Source: Polyangiaceae bacterium (GTDB lineage Bacteria > Myxococcota_A > Polyangia > Polyangiales > Polyangiaceae). Taken from it: DNA of 64,000 nt. Below are positions 8,293-18,217 of the stretch, piece by piece. Numbering within the stretch: position 1 is the first letter of the stretch; each line of letters starts with the position of its first letter. The translations under genes were made by a program, and so were the position numbers. The notes beneath the pieces were generated by a model that saw only the letters and a list, made by a program, of their open reading frames with translations, had not been told where the DNA came from and did no database searches. The stretch covers positions 204,162 through 268,161 of the forward strand of contig CANJMI010000006.1 in NCBI GenBank assembly GCA_947475525.1, written 5' to 3'.

Positions 8293-11200
8293 ATGCACAT
8301 TAAGAAGCTCGAGATCTGCGGTTTCAAGTCCTTCGTGGACCGCACCGTCATCCAGTTTGACCACGACGTCATCGGCATCGTCGGCCCGAATGGGTGCGGC
8401 AAGTCGAACGTCGTCGACGCCATTCGCTGGGTCATGGGCGAACAGTCCGCGAAGGCCCTCCGTGGCAAGGCGATGGGGGACGTCATCTTCGCCGGCTCCG
8501 AGTCGCGCCAGCAGGCCGGTTTTGCTGAGGTGACGATCACCTTCGACAACAGCGACCCCGCCGGAGCTCAGTCGCTGCCACTTGAGTACCGCGACTATCC
8601 CGAGCTTGCGGTGACGCGCCGCCTCTTCCACGGGGACGGGTCGAACGAGTACTGCATCAACAAAATCCCCGTGCGTTTGCGCGACGTGACCGACGTCTTT
8701 CTCGGAACCGGCGTCGGTCGAAAAGCGTACTCGATCGTCGAGCAGGGCAAGATTGGACTCATCGTTTCGGCGCGACCGGAAGACCGCCGCATCCTGATTG
8801 AGGAAGCGGCTGGCATCACGAAGTACAAGGCTCGGAAGAAGCAGGCCGAGCAGAAGATGGACCAGACTCGCGTCAATCTGACGCGCGTAAACGACATCGT
8901 CAGCGAGATCGAACGCCAGATCGGCAATCTGAAACGGCAAGCTGCGAAGGCCGAGCGCTACGTGAAGTACCGCGAGGAGCTCGACGACCTGGCACTCTGG
9001 GACGCCTCGCATCGTTGGCTCGAACTCTTCGCGCGAGCGGATGTGGCCGAGCGTAACCGCCGGGGTCTTGCTGAGAGGACCGAACGCGAACGTGCCCTCG
9101 TCGACACGCGCGACGCCGAGATCGAAGTGATGCGGCACAAGGCGAAGGACGCCGAGTCCGCCGCGGAGCGAGCCCAGACCGCCGCCTTTACGTCCGACAA
9201 TGACGTCCGCGAATGGGAGACCGAACTCGAGCGCGCCCAGGACCGTTACGGCCACCTGATTGCGAGGCTCGAGAAAGAGCGCACCGAGCAGCTCTCGCTC
9301 CAGGAAAAGGCGACCTCGCGGGCGGACGAGCGCGACGTGCTGATCGACCAACTCGACACCATCGAAAACGAGCAGCAGCGCGAAGAGGCCAGCGTTCACT
9401 CCGAAGGCGAGAAGCTCGAAGCACTCCGCCACGAGAGCGAAAGCTCGGCCCGACGCTTGCTCCGCTTGCGCCAGATGCAGTCCGAGAGCACCGCGACGAT
9501 CGCGCGTGCGGAAGCGGCCATTCACGGCATCGAGCAGCGCGTCCGCGACATGCAAGGCCGGCGCCTGCGTCTCGCCGAAGAACTCGAGCGGCTTGCGTTC
9601 GAGCACAGCGATCTCGACGGTAAGCGCGAAACCATGTCGCTCCGTAGCGCCGAGTTTTGTGACCAGCGGGTCACCACGGTCGAGCAGCGCGATGCGCTCG
9701 CCATCGAACTCCCCATCTTGCAGAAAACGCTCCAAATTGCTGAGCAATCGCTCGACAAACAGAACGGGGAGCTCAACCGGAAAAAGAGCCGCCTCGCCGC
9801 GTTGACGGAGGTCTCCGAGCGCATGGAAGGGCTTGGTTCCGGAGTGAGGAGCCTGCTGTCGACGAACGATGACGCGCTCGGCGGCATCATGGCCGACTGC
9901 GTGGACGTTCCAGCCGAATTCACCGCAGCGTTCGCCGGTCTCGTCGGCGAACGGTTGCAGTGCGTCATCGTCTCCGACGTCGAGCGTGCTGTGTTCCTGT
10001 TGCGCAACCTCGCCGATGGTCGCCGCGGCCGCGCCACCGTGATCCCGCGCGTGCTTCCTTCGGCCATGGATTCGATCCTGCACTCGCCCCTCGAACTACT
10101 CGGGCCCATGTCGAGCAGCGCAGCACATGGAGACGGCGTCCTCGGCCTGATGATCGATCGAATTCGCTTCGCAGCAGCAGACGAGCCGGTCATCCGTGCG
10201 CTCGTTGGGGACGCGATCCTCGTGGAGACGGCGCAGCATGCTCAGATCCTGCGCTCGCACATCGCGGAGTCTGACGTCGTCACGCTCGACGGGACCGTGT
10301 TCCATCGCGACGGGCGCATCACGGGCGGAGCCGGCGACGCTTTGGCAAGCGGCATGCTCGAGCAAAAGCGCGAGATGCGTGAGCTTGCCGAGTTCTGCGA
10401 GACACTGTCCGCCGAGGTCGAACGCCAGAGGGCCGAAGTACTCGACCTGCGCGACCGCCTCACGCGCTCTCGCGACCAACTCGACCAAGCGAAGAGCCGC
10501 GCGCACGAGGCCGAGATTGCGAAGGTTACCGCCGAGCAGGATCTGCGGCGCGTCGAGCAGCAACTCACGGTGGTGAGCCGTCGCCGCGGCGAAGTCGCCG
10601 ACGAAATTGCCGAAGTCGACTTTCAGGCCGAGACCTCTCGTGATCAAGAGGAGACGACCCGCGCGACCCTGCGCGACGCTACCGAGATGCGCGGGGCGGT
10701 CGCATCTGACGTGCTCGCTGCCGAGGAGCAAGACATCGGCGCGCGCGATGAACTCGCCCGCCAGCAAGCTCAGTTCACGGAGCGAAAAGTTCAGCTCGCC
10801 TCGGTGCGGGAGCGCGTTCAGTCGATTCGGTCCGCACTCAACCGTATCGAGCAGGATTACGCGGAACTCATCGAACGCATCGAAGAGCTCGAGCTGTCGC
10901 GCACCGAAGCTGCCGTCGAAGCCGGACGCGTCGCGGCCGCGATGTTCGAGGCCAGGCACGAGCTGCTCGAGTCGCGCATGATGCAACGCCGAGCGCGCTC
11001 CACCGCGGAGAGCAGCCGCGGTGAGCTCGACGACAATCGCCACAGCCTTGCGCTCGCCGAGGCGGAGTTCCGCCAGCTACGCGCCTCGCTCGACGAGGTG
11101 TCGAGTCAGCTCCGCGGCGATGAGATGGAGTTGCAGCGGCTCGAGCTCGAGAAAGAGCACCTCCTCGGGGCGATCCGCGAGCGTTACCGCGGCCTCGAAC

Positions 11201-12024
11201 TACCGACCGTGGTTGGTGATTTCCACGCGCGCCCCCTCGTAACGAATGACCAGCGCGCACGCATCAAGGAGCTGTCGCAACTGATCGAGCGCATGGGCTC
11301 GGTCAACCTCGAGGCGATGAAAGAGTACGAAGAACAGGCGAAGCGCTACGACTACTACACGACCCAGCGCGACGACTTGAACTCCGCATTGCGCGACCTC
11401 GACCAAGCCATCGCCCAGATGAACCGCGAGAGCGAGCGCCTCTTCGAGCACGCATTCACGGGCATCAACCGTCGCTTCACCGAGCTCTTCCCGAAGATGT
11501 TCCGTGGCGGAAAGGCCGAGCTGCGCCTGACCAATCCGAACGACATGCTGGAGACGGGCATCGAGATCCTCGCCCAGCCGCCAGGCAAGCGCCTCGGGCA
11601 CATCGAGCTGATGAGCGGTGGCGAAAAAGCCTTCACGGCCGTCTCGCTCCTCTTCGCAATCTTCCGCTACAAGCCTTCGCCGTTCTGCATCCTCGACGAG
11701 GTCGATGCACCGCTCGACGACGCGAACATCGATCGCTACGTCGAGGCCATCCGAGCCATGACGGACCGCTCACAGTTCATCATCATCACGCATTCGAAGC
11801 GCACGATGCAGGCCGTCGACGTCCTCTACGGCGTCACGATGCAGGAGCCGGGTGTCTCGAAGCTCGTCGGTGTTCGCGTCAACGAGGCGGCGGCGCGCAG
11901 CGAACACAAACGCGCAAATCCAGCCCCGCTCCCCGAGTTGGACGAGGCTCCGATGTTGGCCGGCGGCGCGGCGGACGGTGGCGGCGAAGAAGAAGAGACG
12001 GCAGACGAAGTCGCGGTGGCCTGA
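8293..12024 (+). CDS. smc: chromosome segregation protein SMC
   Basis: MHIKKLEICGFKSFVDRTVIQFDHDVIGIVGPNGCGKSNVVDAIRWVMGEQS N-terminal Walker A. Long coiled coils. C-terminal LSGGEKAFTAVSLLFAIF...ILDEVDAPLDDAN signature. Confidence 0.95.
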   Translation: MHIKKLEICGFKSFVDRTVIQFDHDVIGIVGPNGCGKSNVVDAIRWVMGEQSAKALRGKAMGDVIFAGSESRQQAGFAEVTITFDNSDPAGAQSLPLEYRDYPELAVTRRLFHGDGSNEYCINKIPVRLRDVTDVFLGTGVGRKAYSIVEQGKIGLIVSARPEDRRILIEEAAGITKYKARKKQAEQKMDQTRVNLTRVNDIVSEIERQIGNLKRQAAKAERYVKYREELDDLALWDASHRWLELFARADVAERNRRGLAERTERERALVDTRDAEIEVMRHKAKDAESAAERAQTAAFTSDNDVREWETELERAQDRYGHLIARLEKERTEQLSLQEKATSRADERDVLIDQLDTIENEQQREEASVHSEGEKLEALRHESESSARRLLRLRQMQSESTATIARAEAAIHGIEQRVRDMQGRRLRLAEELERLAFEHSDLDGKRETMSLRSAEFCDQRVTTVEQRDALAIELPILQKTLQIAEQSLDKQNGELNRKKSRLAALTEVSERMEGLGSGVRSLLSTNDDALGGIMADCVDVPAEFTAAFAGLVGERLQCVIVSDVERAVFLLRNLADGRRGRATVIPRVLPSAMDSILHSPLELLGPMSSSAAHGDGVLGLMIDRIRFAAADEPVIRALVGDAILVETAQHAQILRSHIAESDVVTLDGTVFHRDGRITGGAGDALASGMLEQKREMRELAEFCETLSAEVERQRAEVLDLRDRLTRSRDQLDQAKSRAHEAEIAKVTAEQDLRRVEQQLTVVSRRRGEVADEIAEVDFQAETSRDQEETTRATLRDATEMRGAVASDVLAAEEQDIGARDELARQQAQFTERKVQLASVRERVQSIRSALNRIEQDYAELIERIEELELSRTEAAVEAGRVAAAMFEARHELLESRMMQRRARSTAESSRGELDDNRHSLALAEAEFRQLRASLDEVSSQLRGDEMELQRLELEKEHLLGAIRERYRGLELPTVVGDFHARPLVTNDQRARIKELSQLIERMGSVNLEAMKEYEEQAKRYDYYTTQRDDLNSALRDLDQAIAQMNRESERLFEHAFTGINRRFTELFPKMFRGGKAELRLTNPNDMLETGIEILAQPPGKRLGHIELMSGGEKAFTAVSLLFAIFRYKPSPFCILDEVDAPLDDANIDRYVEAIRAMTDRSQFIIITHSKRTMQAVDVLYGVTMQEPGVSKLVGVRVNEAAARSEHKRANPAPLPELDEAPMLAGGAADGGGEEEETADEVAVA

Positions 12025-12034
12025 CCCGGCCGTC

Positions 12035-12571
12035 TCACCCGGCGGGCGTGCCGCTTAGCCCCCAGAGAACCCTCACGCTCGTCGGCAGCTCTCCTTTCGA
12101 GGAGAGCTGCTCGCAGCCCTCGCATCCTTGAGGGAAAGCGGGGTCCGTGCAGCTGAAGCAGTGCTCGAGCACGCTGCGGACACGGCCGAGTTCGCCACGA
12201 AGCCGCGTGAGAACGGCGATGCGCTCATCGAGGGTAGCAAGCTGACGCTCGACCGCCTTCACGACCGCCGTCGATGCGGAGATGGCCGTCGTCCCCCGGT
12301 CCTTCACCTCGAGCAATGCCCGAATCTCGTCGAGCGAGAGTCCCGTCGCGCGCAGGTCAGAGATAAGCTGCAGGCGGTCGAGTTCGCGTTTGCTGAAGAG
12401 CCGATGACCTCCGGCACTGCGTCGCTCCGGCCGCAAGATACCCGCCTCTTCGTAGAAGCGGACCGTGCGAAGCGTGTTGCCCGTGAGGCGCGCCATGTCC
12501 CCGGTCGAGAGCAGATGCTCATCGTTGTCGGAGTCCACTTGGGTGACCGTTGAGTCGATGGATGGGGACAC
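12035..12571 (-). CDS. MerR-family transcriptional regulator with C-terminal Cys cluster
   Basis: HTH LSTGDMARLTGNTLRTVRFYEEAGIL is the MerR N-terminal motif. The C-terminus carries HCFSCTDPAFPQGCEGCEQ. Confidence 0.85.
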   Translation of the reverse strand: MSPSIDSTVTQVDSDNDEHLLSTGDMARLTGNTLRTVRFYEEAGILRPERRSAGGHRLFSKRELDRLQLISDLRATGLSLDEIRALLEVKDRGTTAISASTAVVKAVERQLATLDERIAVLTRLRGELGRVRSVLEHCFSCTDPAFPQGCEGCEQLSSKGELPTSVRVLWGLSGTPAG

Positions 12572-12604
12572 AAATGGAGTGTACCACCCGGACCGAAACG
12601 GCCG

Positions 12605-14404
12605 CTACCGCACAACCGCCGCTGAGCCGACCGCGGGCATGTCGAACGCTTGATCAAACGTGATGACGAGGCCGTCAAGCCACCCGCTGCGCGGCAGACC
12701 ACGGGTGAGTGGAAAGCCAAGGTCAATGCGCATAACCGTGCGATCCAACTGCGGAAAGCCGAGACGCACGCCCATCCCGGCGCCCTGTTTCAAGCGAAAA
12801 TCACTGGAGGAATCGAACGCGTCTCCGACATCGTAGAAGAGCGCGCCGCCCATCTGAAAGGTCCACAGCTGAACGGAACGGGTGCGAAATTCAAGGTTAG
12901 CCGCGAAAACATTCTCCCCGAGAATGAAGCCACTCAGGTAGCCGCGCAGTCGGCCATCGCCACCCAACGACGAGGTCACGTTCAACCCATTGTAGGGTCG
13001 GAGCGTGAACGTCGAGTCAGCGACCAACCTCCCGACGCCGAGCCTCGGCGTGACGAGCCGCAGGCCGCCTTGCACGGTGGCGTTCACGATCGCGTCGTGA
13101 GCTGGCGGCACCTCGACACCGGCCGCGCCGAGTACGCGCACGAGCCCATCACCGAGCTCGCGGGTGTAGGAGAGTGCACTCGAATAGCCGAGCAAGGTTT
13201 GCGTGCTGCCGAACGCCGTGAGGATCGGATAGATCCGCGCGTGCCCTTCAAATCCGAGGCGGAAGTTCTCCTGGAGTCCGAGCGACTCGACTTCTTGGAG
13301 CTTGGCGTAACGATTTTCGTAATTCTGATAACGGGCGAAAGCGCCGTTGCGAGTGACGCTGGTCGGCACGCGCTGCTCGAGGAAACGCTGCGCGACGTCA
13401 GCGTCGTAGGCTCCGAGGTCGCCCGGGTTGTAGACGCGGCGATCGGCCGAGAGCCCAAGCTGGACGAGCTGGACGCGCTTGCCCGGGAACGAGCGCGTGA
13501 CGCCCAAGGTGCCGGCGATGACGTCGCTCTTGTAGCGGACCGGAATGCAGCGCGCGGCATTGGGGCATGTGTTCGTGGGATCGGTCTCCGGATCGCCGTT
13601 GAAGACCGCGAGGTCGGTTCCGCTAAAACGCCTCGTCGTCGCCTCGCGCCACGCCACCGAGCCGCCCCATGCCCACTTTTGTCGAGTGGAATAGATCGGC
13701 ACGCCATAGTCGAACGAGCCGAATGACCCCTCCGTCTTTCCTGTCTCGTGATTGACGATCGCGTTCACAGCACCAGAGAAAAGAATCCGCGAGTCGGCGA
13801 GGCGGGGCTCGATGTAGCGCACTCCGAACGAGAGCGTGACCGGGTCGTAGGCAAACGTCGACAGGATGCTTCGACGCATCCCGAAGAGGTTCTCCTCGGA
13901 TGGCTCAACGAACAACGCCTCGATGCCCCTGCCCGTGATCCGATACGCCGTGTTGAGCCGGAGGCTCCAGATGTCCTTGCCGAGCACGAGCACCCGCACG
14001 CGATCCGGCGCGGAACCTTTGAGAGGGAGCACGACGACCAACGACTGTTGTCGCAGCGACCGCAAGTTGCGTTCGGTCTCGTCGGAAAGTGCGCGCTCGA
14101 AGGGCTGCCCTTCTTTGAACAAGAGCTCGCGGCGGATCGCATGTTGCCGCGTCGTGCAATGGAACGCATTGAGCGCCTCCGGGAGCGGGTCGCGGTCTTC
14201 GATGACGTCGAGCACCTCGACCGCCACATCTTCGATGAGCTTGCCCTCGGGCGTGGCGTCGACTGTTACGCCATGCCGCGCGAGCACTCGCGCAATCGTC
14301 TGCTCCTCGTAAGGCGAGTAGACGTGCGCCTCCGAGTTCGGCTGGGCCCACGCCACTCCGAGACCTGCCGACATCACGAAAAGAAAGGTCGCAACGCGTC
14401 GCAC
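12605..14404 (-). CDS. Omp85-family outer-membrane protein (BamA/TamA-like, POTRA plus beta-barrel)
   Basis: Signal peptide MRRVATFLFVMSAGLGVAWA. C-terminal region rich in alternating aromatic/Gly beta-strand pattern, ending ...GFPLTRGLPRSGWLDGLVITFDQAF. Confidence 0.75.
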   Translation of the reverse strand: MRRVATFLFVMSAGLGVAWAQPNSEAHVYSPYEEQTIARVLARHGVTVDATPEGKLIEDVAVEVLDVIEDRDPLPEALNAFHCTTRQHAIRRELLFKEGQPFERALSDETERNLRSLRQQSLVVVLPLKGSAPDRVRVLVLGKDIWSLRLNTAYRITGRGIEALFVEPSEENLFGMRRSILSTFAYDPVTLSFGVRYIEPRLADSRILFSGAVNAIVNHETGKTEGSFGSFDYGVPIYSTRQKWAWGGSVAWREATTRRFSGTDLAVFNGDPETDPTNTCPNAARCIPVRYKSDVIAGTLGVTRSFPGKRVQLVQLGLSADRRVYNPGDLGAYDADVAQRFLEQRVPTSVTRNGAFARYQNYENRYAKLQEVESLGLQENFRLGFEGHARIYPILTAFGSTQTLLGYSSALSYTRELGDGLVRVLGAAGVEVPPAHDAIVNATVQGGLRLVTPRLGVGRLVADSTFTLRPYNGLNVTSSLGGDGRLRGYLSGFILGENVFAANLEFRTRSVQLWTFQMGGALFYDVGDAFDSSSDFRLKQGAGMGVRLGFPQLDRTVMRIDLGFPLTRGLPRSGWLDGLVITFDQAFDMPAVGSAAVVR

Positions 14405-14475
14405 GGCGTCACGATAGCTCCACCCGCTCCACCCTAGAAGCCCCGGCCTCGCGACGAACGTGTTACGCCGCTGCC

Positions 14476-15438
14476 GTGGCAGATCGAAAGGTCGTGGTTG
14501 CGGCGCACGGGCATTGCTTCGACGGCATCGCTAGCGCGGCCATGTTCACTCACCTGCGCCGCAGGACCGCCCAAGCCTCGCTCAAGTTTCGCTATTTATC
14601 CTGCGGGTATGGTCCGAATCTTCAGACGATCCCGGAGAAATGGTTAGGCGGCGACGAGAACGCGATCGTCGATTTTCGATTCACGCCGAGCAAGCGAGTG
14701 ACCTGGTATTTCGATCACCACGTGACGGCCTTCGCTTCCGAGGCGCAGCGCACGAGCGCTCTCGCTTCGAGCGAACGTTACTTTCACGACGGCGCGTACG
14801 GCTCGTGTACGAAGCTCATCGCCGACATTGGACGTGCGCGCTTCGGGGTCGACTTCGAAAAGTATGCCGACCTCATTCAGTGGGCGGACACGATCGACAC
14901 GGCGAGCTTTCGCTCTGCGGCAGCGGCGATCGATCGCACCGCGCCGGTCATGCAACTCGCAGCCGTCATTGAACAACACGGCAACCAGCAACTCTACGAG
15001 AGCGTTGTCCCGATGTTGCTCGAACGCCCACTCGAGGACGTCGCGAGTTCCGATGAGATCCAGCAGCTCTGGCGCCCGATCGCCACGGCGACCGAGGATG
15101 CACACAAGCGCATCGAGCGCGCACTCACCGTGATGGGTGACGTCTCGTACGTCGATCTCGCCGCGGAACCACTAGGTGGAAGCGGAAAATTTGTCGCTTA
15201 CGCCCTCGCGCCCGACGCGGCTTACTCGGTCGCGCTGCTCCGAATGAAGCAGCACTTCAAGATTTCGGTTGGCTACAATCCGTGGTCGGGTCGTGAGCGT
15301 CGTCACGATATCGCTGCGATATGCCAGCGTTTCGGCGGTGGGGGACATCCGGTCGTCGGTGCTGTCAGCGTTCCTTTGGACAAGCTCGACGAAGCCCGCA
15401 GGACCGCTCTCGGGATCGTAGCGGAGCTTGGCACGTGA
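14476..15438 (+). CDS. DHH-family phosphoesterase (NrnA-like, DHH plus DHHA1)
   Basis: VVAAHGHCFDGIASAAMF is the DHH-type metal site. The C-terminal GGGGHPVVGA is the DHHA1 GGGH motif. Confidence 0.75.
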   Translation: MADRKVVVAAHGHCFDGIASAAMFTHLRRRTAQASLKFRYLSCGYGPNLQTIPEKWLGGDENAIVDFRFTPSKRVTWYFDHHVTAFASEAQRTSALASSERYFHDGAYGSCTKLIADIGRARFGVDFEKYADLIQWADTIDTASFRSAAAAIDRTAPVMQLAAVIEQHGNQQLYESVVPMLLERPLEDVASSDEIQQLWRPIATATEDAHKRIERALTVMGDVSYVDLAAEPLGGSGKFVAYALAPDAAYSVALLRMKQHFKISVGYNPWSGRERRHDIAAICQRFGGGGHPVVGAVSVPLDKLDEARRTALGIVAELGT

Positions 15439-16217
15439 GCACCTGGCGGCAGGCTTATTCGGCCCTGCCCCGCCCTACGCTCTTCGGACACCGCGGCTCG
15501 CGAACCTCCGCCCCGGAGAATACGCTGGCCGCGTTTCGCATCGCAGCGGCGGACGGCGCGGACGCTATCGAACTCGACGTGCGACCATCGAAGGATGGCG
15601 AGCTCATGGTCATGCACGACCCTACCCTCGAACGCACGGCGAGCGATCCGCGTGCCGTCCATGCGCTCACGGTAGCCGAGCTCGCGCGCGTTCGTGTCGG
15701 TGGCAGCGAGCGGGTGCCTACACTTGCGGAGACCTTGACGCTGTGTCGCGAACTCGGGCTCGGGCTCAACGTCGAGCTCAAGCGTGACGTCCCCTCTCGA
15801 ACGCGCGCCGTGCAGAGTGCCGCTCGCACCCTGAAGCGAAGCGCCGTGGGCTTGCCCGTGATCGTATCGAGCTTCGACCCCTTGATGCTCCTCGCGTTCC
15901 GTGTGTTGGCGCCCGCGATCCCGACCGCACTTCTCGTCGAACCCGACAGCGTCGCGCGTTACCGTCTCGACCGCGCGGCCCGCTATCTCGGTGTCGCGAT
16001 CCACGCCGACCAAAAGCTCGTCGGCTCGGAAGCCGTCGCGCGATGGCACGCGCAGGGGCTTCGCGTCGCCGTCTGGACGGTCAATGACGCCGCTACGGTG
16101 ACCGAACTCTGCCGCATAGGTGTCGACGGGATCATCAGTGACAATCCCGCGATGGCACGCGCCGCGATCGACGCCGTTCAGGGTGCCGGCAGGAGCTCGT
16201 CGTCGAGTACGCCCTGA
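15435..16217 (+). CDS. glycerophosphodiester phosphodiesterase (GDPD family)
   Basis: LFGHRGSRTSAPENTLAAFRIAAADGADAIELDVRPSKDGELMVMHDPTLERT is the canonical GDPD HR...E.D...HD motif. The GTG start overlaps the DHH gene stop (GTGA). Confidence 0.85.
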   Translation: MSTWRQAYSALPRPTLFGHRGSRTSAPENTLAAFRIAAADGADAIELDVRPSKDGELMVMHDPTLERTASDPRAVHALTVAELARVRVGGSERVPTLAETLTLCRELGLGLNVELKRDVPSRTRAVQSAARTLKRSAVGLPVIVSSFDPLMLLAFRVLAPAIPTALLVEPDSVARYRLDRAARYLGVAIHADQKLVGSEAVARWHAQGLRVAVWTVNDAATVTELCRIGVDGIISDNPAMARAAIDAVQGAGRSSSSSTP

Positions 16218-18217
16218 AGTTTGTCGTGGACGGCTTGGCCGCTTGTCGTAGTCGAGCCATCGAGCGATGAGACGTCGTTGCCGCTGAGACCGAGTGGAAG
16301 CGCGAACGCGTCGAGGTGCAACGCAGCCGCGAACCGGGCGGCCAACCCGGCAGGCGTAGAGTCGGGTGCCAGGTCCGAGCCCGGCGCGCGCTCCCGCGGC
16401 TTGCCGCACTGAAGCACCGCACCTGAGGTAGGACCGTGAATGCAAATCACGCGTTCGAGGCCGCGATCTTGGATGCGTATGACGACCCCGACAGCTCCGA
16501 CTTCGAGACGCGGCGACGCCTCGAGCAAGCTCGTGAGAGCAGCGCCCATGGCATCGTCAGGGAGCTCGAGTCGCACGGGGACGACGAAGCCCATTCGCCG
16601 AAATACACTGCCATCGAGCGCGAGAGCCTGCTCCAAAAACGCGAGCGCTCCGGGACTTTTCTCTTCACTCGCGCGAAAGCCTACGGCCGCAGTTCGAGCC
16701 CGGAGGAGCGCCTCCGAAGGTGGCAGTGCATCGAGCGCTTTCTGCGCGAACACCACCGCGCGTGCGTCGTAACCGGACTCCAAATTGACCTCGGCCTCGT
16801 ACGCGTCGAAGTACGGAATCGCGGCCTTTTCAGGTTCCCGCTCACGCGCGGCATCGAGCTGCGCTCCCACGACCCCAGGGCCAAGCACCGAGACAAGGTC
16901 ACCGACGAGCCACGGCGGCACGTCATCGAGACCGCGCGCGATGTACGGCCTTAGAGTTGCGGTCAAGCGACCGGAATCGGTCATCACGCGAACGATGCGT
17001 TCTTCGTCGGCGCGGTCGGACCAATAGCGTTCAACTCGCGCCCGAGCCCGCGACCAGAGCCCATCGAACCGCGGTTCGCCCCAACTCCGGCGCTCCGCGT
17101 CGAGCTCCCCCTGTGCACGCCGTAACGCTCGTCGCAGCAAGGCATGCCCGCCAAGTGCTTCCTCGGCAGTCGACGTCGAGAGGCCGCGTCGATCGGGCGC
17201 GTCGAGGAGCCCGTCCGCCAGCGCAAGGCCCCGCTCGAGCTCACCCGCGAGCAAAAAGACAGTCGCGGAGACCGCATCCGTCTCCGCGCGATCTTGCGCA
17301 CGCACGTTCGCGGGCTGCCGCCGTCGCCACGCCTGCATGTCGCGCAAGGCCTCGATGGCCTCGCTTGCCCGGCCTTGATCCAACCGTAGCTGTGCGATGA
17401 GCCGCCACGGATTTGCGCTGGACGGCGCGAAGGTTCGGGAGCCTTCCAGCGCGAGCTTCTCGGCATCATCGGGTCGAAATGCGGCGCGCGCCGCAAGTGC
17501 AGCGTTGTAGGCGTCGATGGCGAGGGTGGAGGGCTGAAGCGCCTTCACAGGCTGGGCGCGTTTGTTCTTCAGCGCCGCTTCGCACGCCTTGAAATACGCT
17601 TCTCGCTCTTCGGCTTCTCCCTCGAGCGCACACAGGGCGTTGTGCCCGAGTGCTCGCTGGTACGGTGATTTGCTGGCGATCGCGTGATTGGCGTACTCAC
17701 GCGCCTTGTCGAAACGCTTCAGACGCATCAGCGGCCAGGCGTGCTCACCGGCTGCCATCGGGTTGTAGAGCGCATCGTGAAAATCGAGAATCTCGAGCTG
17801 GAATTCGAACTCCTCGAGTTCGAGCGCAAGCCACGCTGTCGAGTAGAGGATCTGCTGATGCAGGCGAAAGTTCGAAGCCTCCGATCCTGGAGGATGCCGC
17901 GCCTCGTAGAGTTCGCGCGCGCGACCGAGCTCGCGCATCGCTTGAGGCAGAGCCCCTTCGGCGGCGTGCAGGACGCGCCCAAGGACGTAATGCGCGACGA
18001 TCGACTGAGGATGCTCCACGAGGTAAGCGTCCGCCTCGCGCCGCGCTCTCAAGAGCTCGTCGTCGTCGAGCAACTTCAAGAGCGCCTCCTCCGGCGCGGT
18101 CGCTCCAGGGTCGAGCGACGGCGGGGGCTCCTCGGCGTTGACTCCGAACGCCGAGAACGCGACACCGAGCGCGACCGCTCCGATGGCGAAGAGCTTCCCG
18201 AGCTTGGGCATGCTCAC
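16178..18217 (-). CDS. secreted TPR-repeat protein; last gene of the MoxR block
   Basis: Signal peptide MSMPKLGKLFAIGAVALGVAFSAFGVNA. Helical repeat composition. Its start overlaps the stop of the MoxR gene (4 bp). Confidence 0.65.
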   Translation of the reverse strand: MSMPKLGKLFAIGAVALGVAFSAFGVNAEEPPPSLDPGATAPEEALLKLLDDDELLRARREADAYLVEHPQSIVAHYVLGRVLHAAEGALPQAMRELGRARELYEARHPPGSEASNFRLHQQILYSTAWLALELEEFEFQLEILDFHDALYNPMAAGEHAWPLMRLKRFDKAREYANHAIASKSPYQRALGHNALCALEGEAEEREAYFKACEAALKNKRAQPVKALQPSTLAIDAYNAALAARAAFRPDDAEKLALEGSRTFAPSSANPWRLIAQLRLDQGRASEAIEALRDMQAWRRRQPANVRAQDRAETDAVSATVFLLAGELERGLALADGLLDAPDRRGLSTSTAEEALGGHALLRRALRRAQGELDAERRSWGEPRFDGLWSRARARVERYWSDRADEERIVRVMTDSGRLTATLRPYIARGLDDVPPWLVGDLVSVLGPGVVGAQLDAAREREPEKAAIPYFDAYEAEVNLESGYDARAVVFAQKALDALPPSEALLRARTAAVGFRASEEKSPGALAFLEQALALDGSVFRRMGFVVPVRLELPDDAMGAALTSLLEASPRLEVGAVGVVIRIQDRGLERVICIHGPTSGAVLQCGKPRERAPGSDLAPDSTPAGLAARFAAALHLDAFALPLGLSGNDVSSLDGSTTTSGQAVHDKLQGVLDDELLPAP

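Noticed and set aside
8023-10083. 686-aa minus-strand ORF inside smc
   Set aside because: Antisense shadow ORF of the smc gene. It has no motifs and low-complexity R/G/A composition, and smc in the + frame has unambiguous Walker/SMC signatures. This is typical of ~70% GC DNA.
12650-13726. 358-aa plus-strand ORF in the Omp85 gene
   Set aside because: Antisense. The minus frame has a signal peptide and barrel periodicity.
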